From positions 1-29,040 of the IMG/VR virus record IMGVR_UViG_3300030330_001215: a stretch of 29,040 nucleotides of DNA; one strand, written 5' to 3'. Source of the DNA: a virus. Its lineage: Duplodnaviria; Caudoviricetes. A program made the translations under genes and the position numbers. Of this stretch, positions 27,146 through 29,040 are shown piece by piece (the first letter of the stretch is position 1; each line of letters begins with the position of its first letter). The notes beneath the pieces are model-generated. The model saw only the letters and a program-made list of their open reading frames with translations, was not told where the DNA came from and searched no databases.

Positions 27146-28261
27146 TTATTGTCCGTAATATATATAATTTGTTGATGTTGGTTCTTCGTGTTGTTTATAT
27201 GTAACTTCTTTTAATGTTTCTTCGCCTTGACTTATATACATTTTGCCTTCTGTTACTTTACCCTCTAAAGTGTAATAACCTTTTGTTGTACTTGTTGCAG
27301 TTGCGCCATAAACCGCAGTTATAAATGCGTTACCTTTTTCCCTTACTGTGCTTGTTCCGTGTTCTAATAATACGTTGTTTTGTGCTAAAACTACTGCAAT
27401 ACCAAAATAACTACTTGGATTGCTTACTGGCCTGATGTTTAAAGTTGTGCCAACTATTACTCCTCCGCCAGCTGCACCCCCTGTTTGATTGTATTGTTTA
27501 CATACTACTAAATTTGCAGCTAATAGTGGACTTCCTATTTGCGCAAAACTATGCGATGTTGTTTGTGGGTTTGTAGTAATGTTTGTTACTTGCGTTTCTG
27601 CTGCACCACCAACATTAAAACTGTAAGAGTGTCCTACTGGCATTTTAGAAAGTAAATTTATATTAATTCCAGTTGATGTTTGTGTAACGCTTGTTATTTC
27701 TAAAAACCTTGTATTATCACTTTGCGAATCATCAGAACCAATTATAACTGCGCTAGTTGTTATATTATCGTTACATTGATTGTCTAACTCTAAATTTAAG
27801 TTTCCAGCGTTAAGGTTTGTAACTTGTTGGCTATATAGGTCATTCTTGCCAGTTAAATTTTGCGTAAATATTACGTCTGTTGGGTTTTTAACTTCTATCT
27901 TACCCACAACACCAGAACTTTCTTTTGGTGCAGTAGAACACGTCTTAGATATACTAGCGCTGCTTTCTTTGGTTAGTTCGTAAAGTTCATAACCATAGTA
28001 ACCAACTGGTAAGCCATTAAAAAAACCGTTAAATAAATTTTGGTTTGTAATGTCTGTTGCTGCTAAATTTAGCTTTGTATATCTATCAAATACACTAACG
28101 CTTGCACTATAAACATATATTATAGTTCCAGTCATATCGTTAGTTAATTTAAACAAAAAATCTAACTGGTCTTTAGCAACTGTTGTATCTATTCTTTCGT
28201 CTTCTGTGGCTAAATATATGTTTTCTGGTTTTGCAACTGTATTGTAAGTTAGTTGTATCAT
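27146..28261 (-). CDS. Putative head-completion protein with Ser/Thr-rich central region
   Basis: N-terminal FLF..TN, RY, G.Y.Y..YE and C-terminal G.V.EG.M motifs; first gene after promoter copy 5. Confidence 0.5.
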   Translation of the reverse strand: MIQLTYNTVAKPENIYLATEDERIDTTVAKDQLDFLFKLTNDMTGTIIYVYSASVSVFDRYTKLNLAATDITNQNLFNGFFNGLPVGYYGYELYELTKESSASISKTCSTAPKESSGVVGKIEVKNPTDVIFTQNLTGKNDLYSQQVTNLNAGNLNLELDNQCNDNITTSAVIIGSDDSQSDNTRFLEITSVTQTSTGININLLSKMPVGHSYSFNVGGAAETQVTNITTNPQTTSHSFAQIGSPLLAANLVVCKQYNQTGGAAGGGVIVGTTLNIRPVSNPSSYFGIAVVLAQNNVLLEHGTSTVREKGNAFITAVYGATATSTTKGYYTLEGKVTEGKMYISQGEETLKEVTYKQHEEPTSTNYIYYGQ

Positions 28262-28263
28262 AC

Positions 28264-28292
28264 TATATAATAGAAAAACATTGTATTTATTT
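28264..28292 (-). promoter_or_regulatory. Bipartite putative late promoter, copy 5 (portal/lysis block)
   Basis: AAATAAAT-N10-TCTATTATATA, 2 nt before the ATG at 28261. Confidence 0.75.
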
Positions 28293-28302
28293 GTATTGTA
28301 AT

Positions 28303-28329
28303 AAAAAAAGGTGGTAAAAAACCACCTTT
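28303..28329 (-). terminator. Rho-independent terminator after the tail tube gene
   Basis: AAAGGTGGT-TTTTT-ACCACCTTTTTTT on the minus strand. Confidence 0.85.
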
Positions 28330-28352
28330 ATTTAAAAACACTTTTATTTAGT

Positions 28353-28949
28353 TTATGATATAACTACACTGTTAATTGTAAATGCAGTGTTGTCAAACGG
28401 TGTTGTTGTATAATCTGCAACTACAGACATTGGGTTTTCTTCCATACCATCGAATGTCCAAGAGTAACCGTTATGGTCTCCGAATGATGCACCGCTTAAA
28501 TTAGTACCACTGTTTAAACGCATACCGTTTCTTACACCCATTGCTAAAATTACATTTTTACCAGCCGAGTTTAGTTGGTTAAGTTCTGCAAAAATAACTA
28601 ATTTATTCAAAGCTAATATTCTTACTTGGTTTTGGTCAGCAGTTGATAAGTGGTTTAGTTTAATCGTGATTTGTGGTGTATAATGAATAGTACCATTTTC
28701 TGTTGAACCTACAATAGTTTCAGTTAAACTACTTTCACCTCTTGGTAATGTATATCTATATAAGTCGTTACCACCCATTTCAATATCTGTAACTTCACCT
28801 GATGCTATAACTATTCCTGTACCTAATATTTCACCTGTTGTAGCATTTGCATTAAAATCATCATAAACCCCAAAATAAACATTTTTTATGCCACCTGCGA
28901 TTCTATCACATTGTAGTTCTCTTCCTTTTGTTAAACTTGTACAAGCCAT
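28353..28949 (-). CDS. Major tail (tube) protein
   Basis: MAC.SLT.GR...C....GGIK.VY, ENGT..Y, G....D.NGY..TF.G.E; follows the capsid gene across the junction. Confidence 0.72.
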   Translation of the reverse strand: MACTSLTKGRELQCDRIAGGIKNVYFGVYDDFNANATTGEILGTGIVIASGEVTDIEMGGNDLYRYTLPRGESSLTETIVGSTENGTIHYTPQITIKLNHLSTADQNQVRILALNKLVIFAELNQLNSAGKNVILAMGVRNGMRLNSGTNLSGASFGDHNGYSWTFDGMEENPMSVVADYTTTPFDNTAFTINSVVIS

Positions 28950-29040
28950 ATTTATTTATTTTAAAGTTAAGGTAGAGGTTTTTACACCCCTACCATATTT
29001 CTAGTTTATTATGATTGTCTTACGATATCTGCACCAACTC
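28943..29040. repeat. Terminal direct repeat, right copy (assembly overlap)
   Basis: Identical to 2-99; contains the 3' end of the capsid gene and the start of the tail tube gene. Confidence 0.97.

Noticed and set aside
1017-27983. All plus-strand ORFs in the track (e.g. 1017..1628, 2150..2995, 3017..3445)
   Set aside because: They lie antisense to well-supported minus-strand genes and have Ser/Phe/Leu-rich shadow composition with no motifs
1-29040. CRISPR array, tRNA, diversity-generating retroelement, intron/intein, stop-codon reassignment
   Set aside because: I saw no regularly spaced repeats, cloverleaf, reverse transcriptase or split core genes; standard-code ORFs tile the genome densely

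Overview
This window is very likely a complete, circularly closing tailed-phage genome of about 28.94 kb: bases 2-99 are repeated exactly at 28943-29040. It is AT-rich and every credible gene lies on the minus strand. Bacteroidota-type TAnnTTTG promoters and a DUF3127-like SSB point to a Bacteroidota, probably flavobacterial, host. Read along the minus strand, the modules are: (1) early/replication genes at 21395-16593 (ssDNA-annealing protein, SSB, stand-alone DnaA-domain-IV-like protein, replication initiator, HTH protein, NinG); (2) a phage sigma-factor-like gene; (3) a packaging block of ParB-like, TET/JBP-like 2OG-Fe(II) dioxygenase, terS and terL; (4) tail genes with a predicted -1 frameshifted chaperone and a tape measure; (5) prohead protease, scaffold, major capsid and, across the junction, tail tube; (6) LamG protein, portal with a long C-terminal extension, and adaptor; (7) lysis genes and a metallophosphoesterase. 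I recognised no integrase, repressor, DNA polymerase, helicase/primase, methyltransferase, tRNA or CRISPR array. The most notable observations are an orphan TET/JBP enzyme in the packaging operon, a five-copy bipartite motif (AAMTAAAT-N10-TCTATTAWATA) that usually ends 2 nt before an ATG, a U9 slippery site, apparent complete avoidance of GATC and CATG, two candidate structured RNAs, DnaA-box-like 9-mers next to a DnaA-IV-like gene, and several translationally coupled micro-ORFs missing from the ORF track. All protein calls come from motif recognition by eye, not database searches.
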